Source: Candidatus Roizmanbacteria bacterium
GTDB taxonomy: Bacteria > Patescibacteriota > Microgenomatia > UBA1406
NCBI GenBank assembly: GCA_024654535.1
Contig: JANLHL010000038.1
Location: 41,581-105,580, forward strand
Direction of reading: 5' to 3'
DNA: 64,000 bases
The notes under the pieces: model-generated
What the model saw: only the letters and a program-made list of their open reading frames with translations
Told to the model about the DNA's origin: nothing
Database searches by the model: none
Translations under genes and position numbers: made by a program
In this document: in pieces, positions 24,846 through 35,612 of the stretch
Position numbering within the stretch: the stretch's first letter is position 1
Layout of the letters: every line of letters starts with the position of its first letter

Positions 24846-25706
24846 ATGAACTGGTTTATTTACACCATGACCGTAGTGTTCCTTTTTACCACATATAATT
24901 TACTCCAGAGAAAACTAGCTGTACATGCAAAAAACCCTCGAGCTATGGCAGTTATATTTAATGGCATTGCGGCGACAATGGCCTTAGTGATTTTTATTAT
25001 TGGTGGTTCATATAAAAATTTCAGTTTGCCGACACAATCAGAGGCGTGGATAGCGCTTTTCGTAGCCATATTTTGTTATGGCATGTTTGAGCGGTATAAG
25101 TTTACTGCGGCCAAACTACTTGACGCTTCGGTTCTTTCTACCATTGGAAACCTAAGTGTGCTTGTTGCTGTAGTTGGGTCACTATTTATATATGCAGAAA
25201 ATTTTTCGACCAATAAGCTTATTGGTAGCATATTGATTATTCTGTCTCTCTTTCTTGTCTCGTTTAGCAAAAAATGGGTAAAGTTGTCTACAAAAGGAAT
25301 CTTAGCCGCTCTGTTTATCAACATAATGCTCGGCATAGGATGGATGCTCGACAAAAAAGGAGCGGAGTATTTTAATATAAATACATACAATATTTTTGTA
25401 TGGACAGTTCCTATACTATTTGTCTACTTCCCTCACATCCCGTTTAAGGTCTTGAAAGAGGAACTAAAAACTGCCTCGTGGAAGATTTATTTACTCGCCG
25501 CTATTAATGTAGCTGGCTATTTACTTCAATTAAAAGCACTGACACTTGCAGAGGCGACAAGGGTTATTCCCATAGTCCAAACATCGACGCTTTTTACGGT
25601 TATTATTGGCGTTATTGTATTGAAAGAGCGAGACAGCGTGGTAAAAAAAATTATTGCTAGTTGCATGGCGGTGGTTGGTGTCTATTTTTTGAGTGTTACT
25701 CATTGA
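24846..25706 (+). CDS. EamA/DMT superfamily transporter
   Basis: 10-TM protein made of two EamA-like halves. TACAAT lies 7 nt before the ATG. Confidence 0.8.
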   Translation: MNWFIYTMTVVFLFTTYNLLQRKLAVHAKNPRAMAVIFNGIAATMALVIFIIGGSYKNFSLPTQSEAWIALFVAIFCYGMFERYKFTAAKLLDASVLSTIGNLSVLVAVVGSLFIYAENFSTNKLIGSILIILSLFLVSFSKKWVKLSTKGILAALFINIMLGIGWMLDKKGAEYFNINTYNIFVWTVPILFVYFPHIPFKVLKEELKTASWKIYLLAAINVAGYLLQLKALTLAEATRVIPIVQTSTLFTVIIGVIVLKERDSVVKKIIASCMAVVGVYFLSVTH

Positions 25707-25712
25707 TTCGCT

Positions 25713-26462
25713 ATGAAAAAAATACTAAAGACACAGAGCTTTGAGCTTGCGATATATACGAAAGGTAATACGGAAGCCTCAAAGCTAGCTCTTGTTTTGC
25801 CCGGTAAGCTTGATACAAAAGACTATCCTCACATGCGAAGTCATGTGGAGTATTTAGCAAAAAGAGGTTATTATGCCCTCTCTTTTGATCCTCCAGGAAC
25901 GTGGGAAAGCAAAGGGGATATTAGTTTGTATACGGTATCTAATTATCAGAAAGCCGTCAACGAGATAATAGAATATTTTAGCAATAGGCCCACTTTTTTA
26001 GTTGGGCATAGTCGTGGAGGGAGTATTGCAATGCTCGCAGGTACTGCAAATCCGTATGTACACTGTTTTGCTTCGATAATGTCTTTCTATACTTTTCTGC
26101 CAACAATTCATGGCGAGTACCCCGATAACATATGGAAAAAGAAAGGGTATACATTGTCAAAAAGGGATATCCCAGGACAAAGCGTCTATAAGGTAAAACT
26201 ATATAAACTCCCGTATAGCTTTCTTGAAGATCAAATTATGTACGATATGAGCAGCGCTCTTAGTATTTCAATAAAGCCAAAATTATTTATTTTTGGCACA
26301 AAAGACACCCTTGTTACACCAGAAATTGTAAAAAAAGGCTATGATATTTCAGCCGAACCCAAACAAATAAAGGAGCTTAATTCAGACCACAATTATAGAT
26401 CGAGCTCAGAGTTAATTCAGCAAGTGAATAAAAAGCTCGGTGAATTTCTAGATAGTATATAA
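25713..26462 (+). CDS. Alpha/beta hydrolase
   Basis: Nucleophile elbow LVGHSRGGSIA. C-terminal D/H region (GTKDTLV...SDHNY). Confidence 0.75.
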   Translation: MKKILKTQSFELAIYTKGNTEASKLALVLPGKLDTKDYPHMRSHVEYLAKRGYYALSFDPPGTWESKGDISLYTVSNYQKAVNEIIEYFSNRPTFLVGHSRGGSIAMLAGTANPYVHCFASIMSFYTFLPTIHGEYPDNIWKKKGYTLSKRDIPGQSVYKVKLYKLPYSFLEDQIMYDMSSALSISIKPKLFIFGTKDTLVTPEIVKKGYDISAEPKQIKELNSDHNYRSSSELIQQVNKKLGEFLDSI

Positions 26463-26469
26463 TCCACGT

Positions 26470-27327
26470 ATGGCGAAAATAGCATATCAAGGCGTAGAGG
26501 GTGCATATAGCCATATCGCATCTGTCGAGCAGTTTGGTTCTCAAAATACATTTATAGGAGTCAGCGATTTTCCAGCGCTTTTTGAAGAGGTAACCACCCG
26601 CCGCGCAGATTTTGGCGTGGTACCAATTGAGAATAGTTTAGCTGGTTCTGTTATTGAAAATTTTGATCTTTTGTACAAAAACGAGGTATACATAATTGCT
26701 GAACGATATGTGCGCATAGAGCATCAACTACTCGGTATCTCTATAGAGGGAACAGAAAACGAATTGAGAATGTCACAACTTACGCAGGTTTTTTCTCACC
26801 CCAAAGCGCTTGAACAATGTTTGACGTTTTTTAAAGAACACCCGTCTGTGCAAAAGATGCCTTACGAAGACACAGCCGGTGCCGCCAAATATGTAAAACA
26901 AATGGGGAAAAAAGAATGTGGAGCAATGGCAAGCAAGCAAGCGGCAGATTTGTACGGATTGTCAATTCTTAAGAGAAACGTTGAAGATAACCCCAATAAT
27001 TGGACACGATTCGTCATAATTGTTCCAGACAAGCAGGATATAGTGGGCAAAGACGGAGAGGGAACATACAAATGTTCGGCTATCTTTACTCTTCAGAATA
27101 GGCCAGGAGCTTTGTATACCATACTTGGCTACTTTGCGAAAGAAAACTTGAATTTAACAAAGATAGAGTCGCGACCAATACAAGGCACACAGTTTGAACA
27201 TTTTTTCTATGTCGACTTTGAATTTACTGCGCTTCAACATGAACTGGTACATTCTGTACTCGATCAACTGAAGGAGCAGGTGAATTCACTCAAAGTGTTG
27301 GGTTACTACAAAAAGCACACCATTTAA
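26470..27327 (+). CDS. pheA: Prephenate dehydratase with a C-terminal ACT domain
   Basis: IAYQGVEGAYSH, VPIENSLAGSV, TRF and ESRP motifs. Confidence 0.9.
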   Translation: MAKIAYQGVEGAYSHIASVEQFGSQNTFIGVSDFPALFEEVTTRRADFGVVPIENSLAGSVIENFDLLYKNEVYIIAERYVRIEHQLLGISIEGTENELRMSQLTQVFSHPKALEQCLTFFKEHPSVQKMPYEDTAGAAKYVKQMGKKECGAMASKQAADLYGLSILKRNVEDNPNNWTRFVIIVPDKQDIVGKDGEGTYKCSAIFTLQNRPGALYTILGYFAKENLNLTKIESRPIQGTQFEHFFYVDFEFTALQHELVHSVLDQLKEQVNSLKVLGYYKKHTI

Positions 27328-27335
27328 AGACATGT

Positions 27336-28145
27336 TTGGCCGCTCCCTGCTATAATTTCATTGTGACTAAGTATATTCGCGTGCTACAAACAACAGTCAG
27401 TGAGATATTTTCGTATCCTTTGAGTGTTTTTATGTGGCGGTTTCGTTTACTTGTACAACTTCTTATAATCTACATGTTGTGGAATAGTGTATTTGCACAA
27501 ACAGATACAATTTTTGGATACTCGAAACAGTATATGATGAGTTACATTTTGGGCGTAACAGTGGTAAGTGCGATTACCACAACTATGCGTACTACCGATG
27601 TGGCAGGCGATGTACTAAAAGGAACGGTAGTAAATTATCTTATTAAACCAATTTCTTTTTTTAAGTACTTATTGGCGAGAGAAGCGGCGGATAAGCTCAT
27701 ACATGTACCACTGGCCGTGATTGAGATTGGGTTTCTGCTTATTTTTTTTCATCCTCCACTGTATATTCCAACCAGTATTACGTCATATTTCCTTTTTTTC
27801 CTGAGCATAGTCATGGGTTGGTGCATATCATTTTTTATTTCACTTGCGTTGTCGTTTATTGCATTTTGGACAACAGAAGTATGGGCTCCTCGTTTTATAT
27901 TTACTGTTGTCGTATCTTTTGTCGCTGGATCATTATTTCCACTCGATATTTTACCAAAACCATTGTATGCGGCCCTTCTCATTACTCCGTTTCCATATTT
28001 TTTTTATGCACCGACTGCCATAGCACTTGGGAAAGCCCCCTGGACACTATTAATGGGATCCGGTATATGGCTTATTATTTCTTTCATGCTTGCTCGATTT
28101 ATTTGGCAAAAAGGTATTAAGGAGTTTAGTTTTTACGGAATATGA
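27336..28145 (+). CDS. ABC-2-type transporter permease (COG4587-like)
   Basis: Six-TM permease upstream of a paralogous permease and an ABC ATPase. Start uncertain: TTG at 27336 or GTG at 27363 just after a TATAAT box. Confidence 0.65.
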   Translation: MAAPCYNFIVTKYIRVLQTTVSEIFSYPLSVFMWRFRLLVQLLIIYMLWNSVFAQTDTIFGYSKQYMMSYILGVTVVSAITTTMRTTDVAGDVLKGTVVNYLIKPISFFKYLLAREAADKLIHVPLAVIEIGFLLIFFHPPLYIPTSITSYFLFFLSIVMGWCISFFISLALSFIAFWTTEVWAPRFIFTVVVSFVAGSLFPLDILPKPLYAALLITPFPYFFYAPTAIALGKAPWTLLMGSGIWLIISFMLARFIWQKGIKEFSFYGI

Positions 28146-28924
28146 AACATACGCTCTCTTTACTTAAGCTCTTTTCTTTTTATAGTATAAAAAAAACGAT
28201 TGCTCAACCGCTCAGCGTTTTTTTATTTGTTTTAGCAAAAGTGATTCGATTTGCATTGTTTTTTTTCTTTATACACTACCTTCTTTCAAAAACGAAAATG
28301 CTTGTTGGTTATACCCTTACAGAAACGCTCCTGTTCTTTCTAACATTTTCACTCATCGATGGTATTGCCCAGCTTTTATTTAGAGAAGTCTACCGATTTC
28401 GACCACTCGTTACCGAAGGAACGCTCGACTTAGTACTGACAAAGCCATACCATCCATTCTTACAGATACTCATTGGTGGGATCGATATATTAGACGTTGT
28501 GATGGTTGTCATTTATGGTTTTTTTGCTGTGTATTTTTTGCGCCAAATAGATAGCGTATCTTCTCTATCTATAGTCGTCTATATGCTCTTTTTAGTGAAT
28601 GCGCTCATCATCGCAGCAGCAGCGCACATATGCATTCTTGCACTTGGCCTTATCAGTAGTGAAATTGACAATGCACTTTCTTTGTTTAGAGATGTTACTC
28701 GGCTTGGAAGTCTTCCGATAGATATTTATAGCGAACCCGTAAGAACTATATTGAATACTGTTGTCCCGGTTGGTGTTATGATGAGTTTTCCTGTGAAGGG
28801 TTATTTGGGTCTATTATCTATTCAAACTCTTGTGTATAGTTTTCTATTAGGCGCAGTGTTACTGTGGGTATCTTTGTCTATGTGGCGAGGTGCACTTATG
28901 CGTTATCAAAGTTGGGGAGGCTAA
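28142..28924 (+). CDS. ABC-2-type transporter permease (COG3694-like)
   Basis: Polytopic protein. ATGA overlap with the upstream permease. Confidence 0.65.
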   Translation: MKHTLSLLKLFSFYSIKKTIAQPLSVFLFVLAKVIRFALFFFFIHYLLSKTKMLVGYTLTETLLFFLTFSLIDGIAQLLFREVYRFRPLVTEGTLDLVLTKPYHPFLQILIGGIDILDVVMVVIYGFFAVYFLRQIDSVSSLSIVVYMLFLVNALIIAAAAHICILALGLISSEIDNALSLFRDVTRLGSLPIDIYSEPVRTILNTVVPVGVMMSFPVKGYLGLLSIQTLVYSFLLGAVLLWVSLSMWRGALMRYQSWGG

Positions 28925-28926
28925 AG

Positions 28927-29901
28927 ATGGATCACGATATAGTTGCAACACATCTCACCAAGACATACAAAGTAAGGGAGGTAAAAAAGTCGGGGGGTAT
29001 TATGCAATTTTTTCAGACGAGGTATAGTGACCATACCGCATTGTCCGATGTATCTTTTACAGTCGATAAAGGAGAGGTGATGGGAATGGTAGGGCCAAAT
29101 GGAGCAGGGAAAACAACAACTATGAAAATGCTCTCTGGGATTTTATATCCGACGAGTGGATCGATTCAAATTCGTGGCTTTGTACCATTTGAGAAAAAAC
29201 ATGCATTTTTACGGCAAATCTCCTTCGTGATGGGTCGGAAAAATCAGCTTATATGGGATCTTCCTGCCATAGATACATTTCAATTAAACAAAGAAATTTA
29301 TGAGCTAGACGACTTGAGTTATAAGCGCTCTTTGGGCACGCTTCTCGACTTTTTAGATGCGCACGAGCTTATACATCGTCCAGTCAAAACCCTTTCTCTA
29401 GGACAGCGTATGAGACTAGAATTGGTTGCCGCACTGTTACATAATCCATCCATCCTCTTTTTAGACGAGCCAACACTTGGCCTCGATATTGTTGTTCACT
29501 CGTCAATAGTTCGATTTTTACAAGAATATAGACAAGAATTTCACCCAACGATCCTACTCAGTTCACACGATATGCGCGATGTAGAGCAACTTACCAATAG
29601 ACTTATGCTTGTTAATAAGGGACGGGTAGTCTACCAAGGTACACTACATGCATTAGTACGTTCCTATGGGACTCACAAACGTATACGGGTTGTACGTGAA
29701 AAGTCATATGTACTTCCTGAAAGATTAAAGAAGTTGGTTATCATAGATACATTTCCACTCCTTGAGCTTCGCATAAAACGATCAGAATTAGAAGATACTG
29801 TTTCGCTCCTTTTATCGGGTGGCAAATGTACGGATTTGACTGTTGAGAATGAACAGATAGAAAAAGTGATAGAAGAAGTACTTTCAATCAACTCCTTGTA
29901 G
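28927..29901 (+). CDS. ABC transporter ATP-binding protein
   Basis: Walker A GPNGAGKTTT, signature LSLGQRMRL, Walker B ILFLDEPT. Start taken at the Met at 28927, immediately after the permease stop. Confidence 0.9.
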   Translation: MDHDIVATHLTKTYKVREVKKSGGIMQFFQTRYSDHTALSDVSFTVDKGEVMGMVGPNGAGKTTTMKMLSGILYPTSGSIQIRGFVPFEKKHAFLRQISFVMGRKNQLIWDLPAIDTFQLNKEIYELDDLSYKRSLGTLLDFLDAHELIHRPVKTLSLGQRMRLELVAALLHNPSILFLDEPTLGLDIVVHSSIVRFLQEYRQEFHPTILLSSHDMRDVEQLTNRLMLVNKGRVVYQGTLHALVRSYGTHKRIRVVREKSYVLPERLKKLVIIDTFPLLELRIKRSELEDTVSLLLSGGKCTDLTVENEQIEKVIEEVLSINSL

Positions 29902-29917
29902 CTGCTATAATAGATAA

Positions 29918-31138
29918 ATGGCAGCACTAGTAACTCCCAGAACGCTTAAAGGATTCCGAGATTTTTTTCCACAAGAGGTCATTAAGAGAAACTATTTGAA
30001 ACAAAAAATAGTTGAAGTGTTTACTCTATACGGATTTGAGCCTATCGAAACCCCCTTATTGGAGTATTTAGATACGTTTAAGGGGAATATTGGAGAAGAT
30101 GAGAAGTTATTTTTTCACTTTCTCGATCACGGTAATCGTGCAGTTGCACTTCGTTACGACCAGACAGTGCCAACCTGCCGATTCATAGCGGAGCACCGTG
30201 ATGAAATTCAATTTCCATTTAAGCGATATCAAATTCAACCAGTATATAGAGCAGAAAAACCACAAAAAGGAAGATATAGGGAATTTGTGCAGTGCGATGC
30301 AGACATTTTTGGAGTGAAAGGGCCTGAGGCAGATGCTGAGCTTATAGCACTTACCATTGATATTTATACCCACCTTGGTTTCAAAGATTTCGTAGTGAAA
30401 ATAAATGATCGTGCATTGTTTCGGAAAATTGCCTATCCAGTGATTGTTGCTATAGACAAGTTGGCCAAAATAGGGCGCAGTGGTGTCATTGAGGAGATAG
30501 TTGCAAAAGGGTATTCTCACAGTGAGGCGAAGAACATGCTCGATGAAGTTTTACGTATGCAACCAAACGATACGCTCAATACGATATTCTCCTATTTAAA
30601 AAATGCAGGTTTTTCACAAGATCATTACCAATTTGACCCATCACTAGCCCGTTCTTTTAGTTATTCAACGGGACCAATATGGGAAGTCACCATTGCCGGT
30701 TTTGATCAAGGATCTGTTCTTGGTGGTGAGCGCTTTGATAAGCTTGTTGGCCGTTTTCAAAAAGAAGATATTCCAGGTACGGGTTTTGGATTGGGATTCC
30801 CACGAACATTTGAGGCCATGGAACAATTTGGGTTATTTCCCGCGTCACTACATTCGGTACCGCGCGTTATGGTTAGTATTTTTTCGCCATTATACGTTTC
30901 TTCATCTGTACGGGTTGCGTCCCAACTGAGGGAATCTTCAATAGCTACAGAGGTTTATCCTGATACAACTCATGATTTGTCTCGGCAACTGAAATATGCA
31001 GTTAAGAAAGGCATCGAGTACGTTATCATTATCGGAGAAGAAGAAGAAAAGTCGCACGCTGTAACTGTTAAAGAGTTGGCAACTCGTACGCAACATTCAG
31101 TACAACACAATAAGTTAGTAGAATTTTTTTTGAAATAA
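29918..31138 (+). CDS. hisS: Histidine--tRNA ligase
   Basis: LKGFRDFFP, LRYDQTVP, motif 2 YRAEKPQKGRYREFVQCD, and a C-terminal anticodon-binding domain. Confidence 0.9.
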   Translation: MAALVTPRTLKGFRDFFPQEVIKRNYLKQKIVEVFTLYGFEPIETPLLEYLDTFKGNIGEDEKLFFHFLDHGNRAVALRYDQTVPTCRFIAEHRDEIQFPFKRYQIQPVYRAEKPQKGRYREFVQCDADIFGVKGPEADAELIALTIDIYTHLGFKDFVVKINDRALFRKIAYPVIVAIDKLAKIGRSGVIEEIVAKGYSHSEAKNMLDEVLRMQPNDTLNTIFSYLKNAGFSQDHYQFDPSLARSFSYSTGPIWEVTIAGFDQGSVLGGERFDKLVGRFQKEDIPGTGFGLGFPRTFEAMEQFGLFPASLHSVPRVMVSIFSPLYVSSSVRVASQLRESSIATEVYPDTTHDLSRQLKYAVKKGIEYVIIIGEEEEKSHAVTVKELATRTQHSVQHNKLVEFFLK

Positions 31139-31806
31139 TGCCTAACGGAACTTTATTATACGGTACCCTGTACAACGATTCTACCAAGCGCATAATGGAT
31201 GTTATTATCGCCATTTTTTTACTGGCACTTTTTTCACCAATTATGCTTTTCGTAGCCTGTGCTATAAAGTTGAATTCTTCGGGTCCTGTTTTTGCAGATA
31301 CGCCTGAGAGGGTTGGAACAAAAGGTAAAAAATTTCGTATGTATAAGTTCAGATCTATGATTCAAAATGCCCATCGTATTTTGCGTGAAGATCCCCGATT
31401 CAAGAAATTGTATGAAGAATATAAGAAAAGTAGCTATAAACTTCATGATGATCCTCGAATTACTAGTGTTGGTAGGTTTATTCGTAAACATTCCCTAGAT
31501 GAAATGCCACAGCTTATCAACGTATTGAAGGGGGAAATGAGTATAGTTGGACCTCGTGCATACTATCCGGATGAAATTGAAGAGCAGTTAAAAAAGCATC
31601 CAGAAGCTCACCAGTTTTTAGTAGAGGCTCTTTTAGTACGTCCGGGTATTACTGGCTATTGGCAAGTTTCTGGCAGAAGCGAAGTCCATTTTCGCAATCG
31701 TATCATTATGGATGCTTCGTATGTGAAAAAAATCTCACTATGGTATGATATACAAATTATGATTCTCACTCCCTGGACTATGATTTCAGGGAAAGGGGCT
31801 GTCTAA
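31138..31806 (+). CDS. Polyprenyl-phosphate sugar phosphotransferase (bacterial sugar transferase family)
   Basis: KRIMDVIIAIFLL...SSGPVF...RVG..GKKFRMYKFRSM...DEMPQLINVLKGEMSIVGPR. Confidence 0.85.
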   Translation: MPNGTLLYGTLYNDSTKRIMDVIIAIFLLALFSPIMLFVACAIKLNSSGPVFADTPERVGTKGKKFRMYKFRSMIQNAHRILREDPRFKKLYEEYKKSSYKLHDDPRITSVGRFIRKHSLDEMPQLINVLKGEMSIVGPRAYYPDEIEEQLKKHPEAHQFLVEALLVRPGITGYWQVSGRSEVHFRNRIIMDASYVKKISLWYDIQIMILTPWTMISGKGAV

Positions 31807-31812
31807 AATAAT

Positions 31813-33660
31813 ATGAGACGTAAAAAACCAACAAAAATAGCGATTATCAGTGCAGTTATTGTGCTTATATTGGGTGTGTTTATAACGCTGACGCTCGTAG
31901 TGCCGATGGTAAAAGCATCGAAAAGAAAAATAACACTCCAGAAAATTGCAAAAGAGACATTTGCTGCAGCAAAAACGCAAAACCTCGTTGCTCTTGAAAC
32001 TGGTCTAAAAACATTGCAAACAGAAATGCAAGGCTTAAACAAAGATTTAGCACCAACTTTTATATATAAGCACGTCCCCTTCGTTGGATACTTGTTTTCT
32101 GATGAAGAAAACGCACTCGCTGCAGCTGATTCGCTACTTATTGCCGCGAGCAAATCGGTAAAAGCAATTGAGCCCTATGCCGACCTCATCGGATTCAAAA
32201 AAGGAAGTGAATTTTCTAGTCAACCGACAGAAAAGCGCTTAGAGACGGCAATACTTACCATTGATAAACTTGTTCCACAGATAGATAAAATAGATAGTGA
32301 TCTTATGACGGCGCAGAAATATTTGGAGAAAATAGATCCTTCGCGATATCCGAAGAAAATAGGTAAATACGTTATTCAAGAGAGAATAAGTAATATTCAT
32401 AGTCAATTGCTTGGTATAGTGAGCCTAGCAACCGATGCAAAACCACTCTTTAAGAAACTACCCTATTTGTTGGGGAAAGATGAAGAGAGACGATATTTAG
32501 TTTTATTTGTGAACGATAAAGAGCTTCGCGCATCGGGAGGATTTATTACAGCGTATGCCATTTTCTCAATAGATAAAGGTCAGATACGAGTACAAGAGTC
32601 AAGCGATATCTATGATCTAGACAGCACTATAAACCACCCTGTTGCGCCACCGGAGATACTGCGGTATCACAAAGGAGTTAATGAATTCTATATTCGCGAT
32701 AGTAATCTGTCTCCTGATTATCAAAAGTCGATAGGTTATTTCGAACAGCTTTTGAGTAAAAGTAGTCGTTCATTTAAATATGACGGGATTATATCTATAG
32801 ATACCAACGTATTAGTGAATACATTGACTATATTAGGTCCAACAGAAGCGGGCGGTGTTACGTTCACAGCCGACAAAGATTCGCGTTGTGATTGTGCTCA
32901 AGTTATTTATGAGCTCGAAAACATAATAACGCGTCCAACAGGCTATATTCGTGAACAGCGAAAAAGTATGTTAAGCCTTTTATTGTATAACCTGATGCAA
33001 AAATCACTTGGAGTTTCTCCTTCACAATATTGGGGAAGACTATCCCAAAGCTTTCTGACTGAGCTTGATGAAAAGCATATTCTTGTACACTTGACCGACA
33101 CTTCATCTCAAAAGGCAATAGAATCACTAGGATATGGAGGTAGTATACGTGCATTTGATGGAGATTACCTGCATATTAATAACGTTAATTTTGCAGGGGC
33201 TAAGTCTAATCTATATATGACAACAACGGTTGTTTCAAGCGCAGTAAAAAAAGGAAATATGATTTCACGAGAAGTGGTCATTACCTATAAAAACGATCAT
33301 CCGGCCTCTGATTGTAACCTAGAACGCGGTGGATTGTGTTTGAACGCTCCGCTTCGCAACTGGTTGCGGATCTATGTGCCAAAAGGGGCAAATCTTGTAA
33401 AATTTGTTGGGTCTGAGATGCCAGTTCGACAGTATGATGAGCTCGGCAAGCATGTTTTTGAAGGTTTTTTAGTCGTAAATCCTATGGGTTTTGCTGAAGT
33501 GCGCGTGACATATGAAATTCCACTATCACTTCTTAAAGATAATAAATACACTCTCCTTATACAAAAACAACCTGGTATTACATTCCAAGAAACGACTGTT
33601 TCGTGGAATGGTCAAAAGCAAATCCTTCCAGTAAGAAGAGATACTGTAGTTACATTCTAA
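31813..33660 (+). CDS. DUF4012 domain-containing membrane-anchored protein
   Basis: N-terminal TM. RYLVLFVNDKELRASGGFITAYAIFSIDKGQI is the characteristic DUF4012 core. Confidence 0.75.
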   Translation: MRRKKPTKIAIISAVIVLILGVFITLTLVVPMVKASKRKITLQKIAKETFAAAKTQNLVALETGLKTLQTEMQGLNKDLAPTFIYKHVPFVGYLFSDEENALAAADSLLIAASKSVKAIEPYADLIGFKKGSEFSSQPTEKRLETAILTIDKLVPQIDKIDSDLMTAQKYLEKIDPSRYPKKIGKYVIQERISNIHSQLLGIVSLATDAKPLFKKLPYLLGKDEERRYLVLFVNDKELRASGGFITAYAIFSIDKGQIRVQESSDIYDLDSTINHPVAPPEILRYHKGVNEFYIRDSNLSPDYQKSIGYFEQLLSKSSRSFKYDGIISIDTNVLVNTLTILGPTEAGGVTFTADKDSRCDCAQVIYELENIITRPTGYIREQRKSMLSLLLYNLMQKSLGVSPSQYWGRLSQSFLTELDEKHILVHLTDTSSQKAIESLGYGGSIRAFDGDYLHINNVNFAGAKSNLYMTTTVVSSAVKKGNMISREVVITYKNDHPASDCNLERGGLCLNAPLRNWLRIYVPKGANLVKFVGSEMPVRQYDELGKHVFEGFLVVNPMGFAEVRVTYEIPLSLLKDNKYTLLIQKQPGITFQETTVSWNGQKQILPVRRDTVVTF

Positions 33661-33664
33661 CCTT

Positions 33665-34198
33665 ATGTACCGGAAATCAACCGGTTTTATACTGAAGCGT
33701 TTAAGTGCTCGAGAAATGGACATGACTCTGGTTGTCTTTACTCAAGATTTTGGCAAGATATTACTCATAGCCAAGGGTGCGCAAAAAATAACGAGTAAGC
33801 GATTACCCGCATTAGACAGGTTGAGTATAGTTCGGATTCAATTTATTGAAAAATCGTCGTTTTTATATCTGCGAACAATAGATTTAATGAGTAATCTTCA
33901 GTCTATAAAATACGACCTAACCACACGAATGCTTCTTTTATTAGTCGCTGATATTCTTGATGGGCTCCTTCCAATACATCAACCAGAGCAAGAACTATTT
34001 GTTCGATTTAAGCATTACATTCGCGCGCTTTCACGCGACGACGTGCATGAAGCGACCCTTTCATTTTTAAGAGAGACGCTATCTATACTTGGCTATGCTC
34101 AGCATGGCACACAAATATCATTCAATGAGATTTTCCATACACTTGAAGAGCTTACACAACGAGATTTTCATGATAGATGGAGACAGCTGGGGATCTAG
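33665..34198 (+). CDS. recO: DNA repair protein RecO, short form (177 aa)
   Basis: N-terminal OB-fold pattern GFILKRLSAREMDMTLVVFTQDFGKILLIAKGA. Conserved position upstream of glyQS. Confidence 0.65.
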   Translation: MYRKSTGFILKRLSAREMDMTLVVFTQDFGKILLIAKGAQKITSKRLPALDRLSIVRIQFIEKSSFLYLRTIDLMSNLQSIKYDLTTRMLLLLVADILDGLLPIHQPEQELFVRFKHYIRALSRDDVHEATLSFLRETLSILGYAQHGTQISFNEIFHTLEELTQRDFHDRWRQLGI

Positions 34199-34250
34199 AC
34201 AAACAACCAATTTTCAAGACAGTTTGTATGTGACATGATATACTCCATGT

Positions 34251-35612
34251 ATGGCTACATTAGAGACTCTCGTATCACTAGCAAAAAGGCGTGGATTTGT
34301 CTATCCAAGCTCAGAAATATATGGTGGGCTGGCGAACGTATACGATTACGGTCCACTCGGAGTGGAATTGCTACGAAATATAAGAGATCTTTGGTGGAAA
34401 GAATATGTTACTAAAAGGCACAATATCGTTGGACTCGAATCGGCAATATTTATGCATCCCAACGTTTGGAAGGCAAGCGGGCACGTTGCTGGATTTTCAG
34501 ACCCAATGATAGATGATGCTGAAAATCATAAACGATATAGAGCTGATCATGTAATAGCGGACTGGTGTAAAGAGAATAATAAAGAAGTGCCAGACACAGA
34601 TAATATGATCTTAGAGATGTTGGATGAGTTTATTACCAGTAACCATATTATATCAACCGATGGAAATGCATTTAACCATGCGCGGAACTTTAACCTCATG
34701 TTCAAGACCAAGTTAGGATCTGTAGAAAACGATGCAGAAGAGCTCTACTTACGGGCAGAGACGGCACAAGGTATGTATGTAGACTTCAAAAATATATTAG
34801 ATTCAACGAGACTCCAGGTTCCTTTTGGAGTAGCGCAACAGGGGAGAGTGTTTAGAAACGAAATTACGAAAGGTAAATTTATATTCAGGATGCTCGAATT
34901 TCAACAAATGGAAATTCAGTACTTTTTTAATGGAAAAGAGTGGGAAAAAATGTTTGAACAGTGGAGACAAGAGCAAGAAAATTGGTATCAAAATATACTT
35001 AAAATCAACAAATCAAAACTTAAATGGAAACCTCACGCGAAGCTTATTTTCTATGCAAAAGCCGCTGAAGACTTAACGTATCAGTTTCCGTGGGGAGCAG
35101 ATGAAGTGACTGGACTTCATTATCGGACAGATTATGATTTAAGTACTCACGCAAAGCATAGTGCAAAGAAATTAGAATACCGCGATCCCTTTACCGGCGA
35201 AGTATATGTCCCTCACGTCCTTGAAACAACATGGGGACTCGACAGAAATTTTTTTATGCTATTAGATAATGCATATTTCGAAGAAGAAGGTAGAGTAGTG
35301 CTTAAGCTCCCATTTAACCTCGCTCCATATAAAGTTGCTGTATTTCCACTTGTTTCTAATAAAGAAGAGTTAGTTAAAAAAGCGAACGGTGTATATGAGC
35401 AAATCGGTAAGAACTATATGACGTACTGGGACGACAGGGGAAACATAGGAAAGCGATACCGTTACCAAGACGAAGTAGGGACACCTCTGTGCGTTACTAT
35501 TGACTATCAGACGTTAACAGACGATACTGTTACTGTGCGCAGTAGAGATACCATGGCACAAGAGCGTGTTGCGATAACAAACCTTACTAGTTATATTATG
35601 GCTCATGAATAA
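34251..35612 (+). CDS. glyQS: Glycine--tRNA ligase (dimeric GlyQS type)
   Basis: LAKRRGFVYPSSEIYGGLANVYDYGPLGVELLRNI, FRNEITKGKFIFRMLEFQQMEIQYF, and a C-terminal anticodon-binding domain. Confidence 0.95.
   Translation: MATLETLVSLAKRRGFVYPSSEIYGGLANVYDYGPLGVELLRNIRDLWWKEYVTKRHNIVGLESAIFMHPNVWKASGHVAGFSDPMIDDAENHKRYRADHVIADWCKENNKEVPDTDNMILEMLDEFITSNHIISTDGNAFNHARNFNLMFKTKLGSVENDAEELYLRAETAQGMYVDFKNILDSTRLQVPFGVAQQGRVFRNEITKGKFIFRMLEFQQMEIQYFFNGKEWEKMFEQWRQEQENWYQNILKINKSKLKWKPHAKLIFYAKAAEDLTYQFPWGADEVTGLHYRTDYDLSTHAKHSAKKLEYRDPFTGEVYVPHVLETTWGLDRNFFMLLDNAYFEEEGRVVLKLPFNLAPYKVAVFPLVSNKEELVKKANGVYEQIGKNYMTYWDDRGNIGKRYRYQDEVGTPLCVTIDYQTLTDDTVTVRSRDTMAQERVAITNLTSYIMAHE

Noticed and set aside
29880-34250. 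T-box or other riboswitch leaders ahead of hisS, glyQS and pheA
   Set aside because: Each of these genes has a -10 hexamer only 6 nt from its ATG, which leaves no room for a leader RNA.
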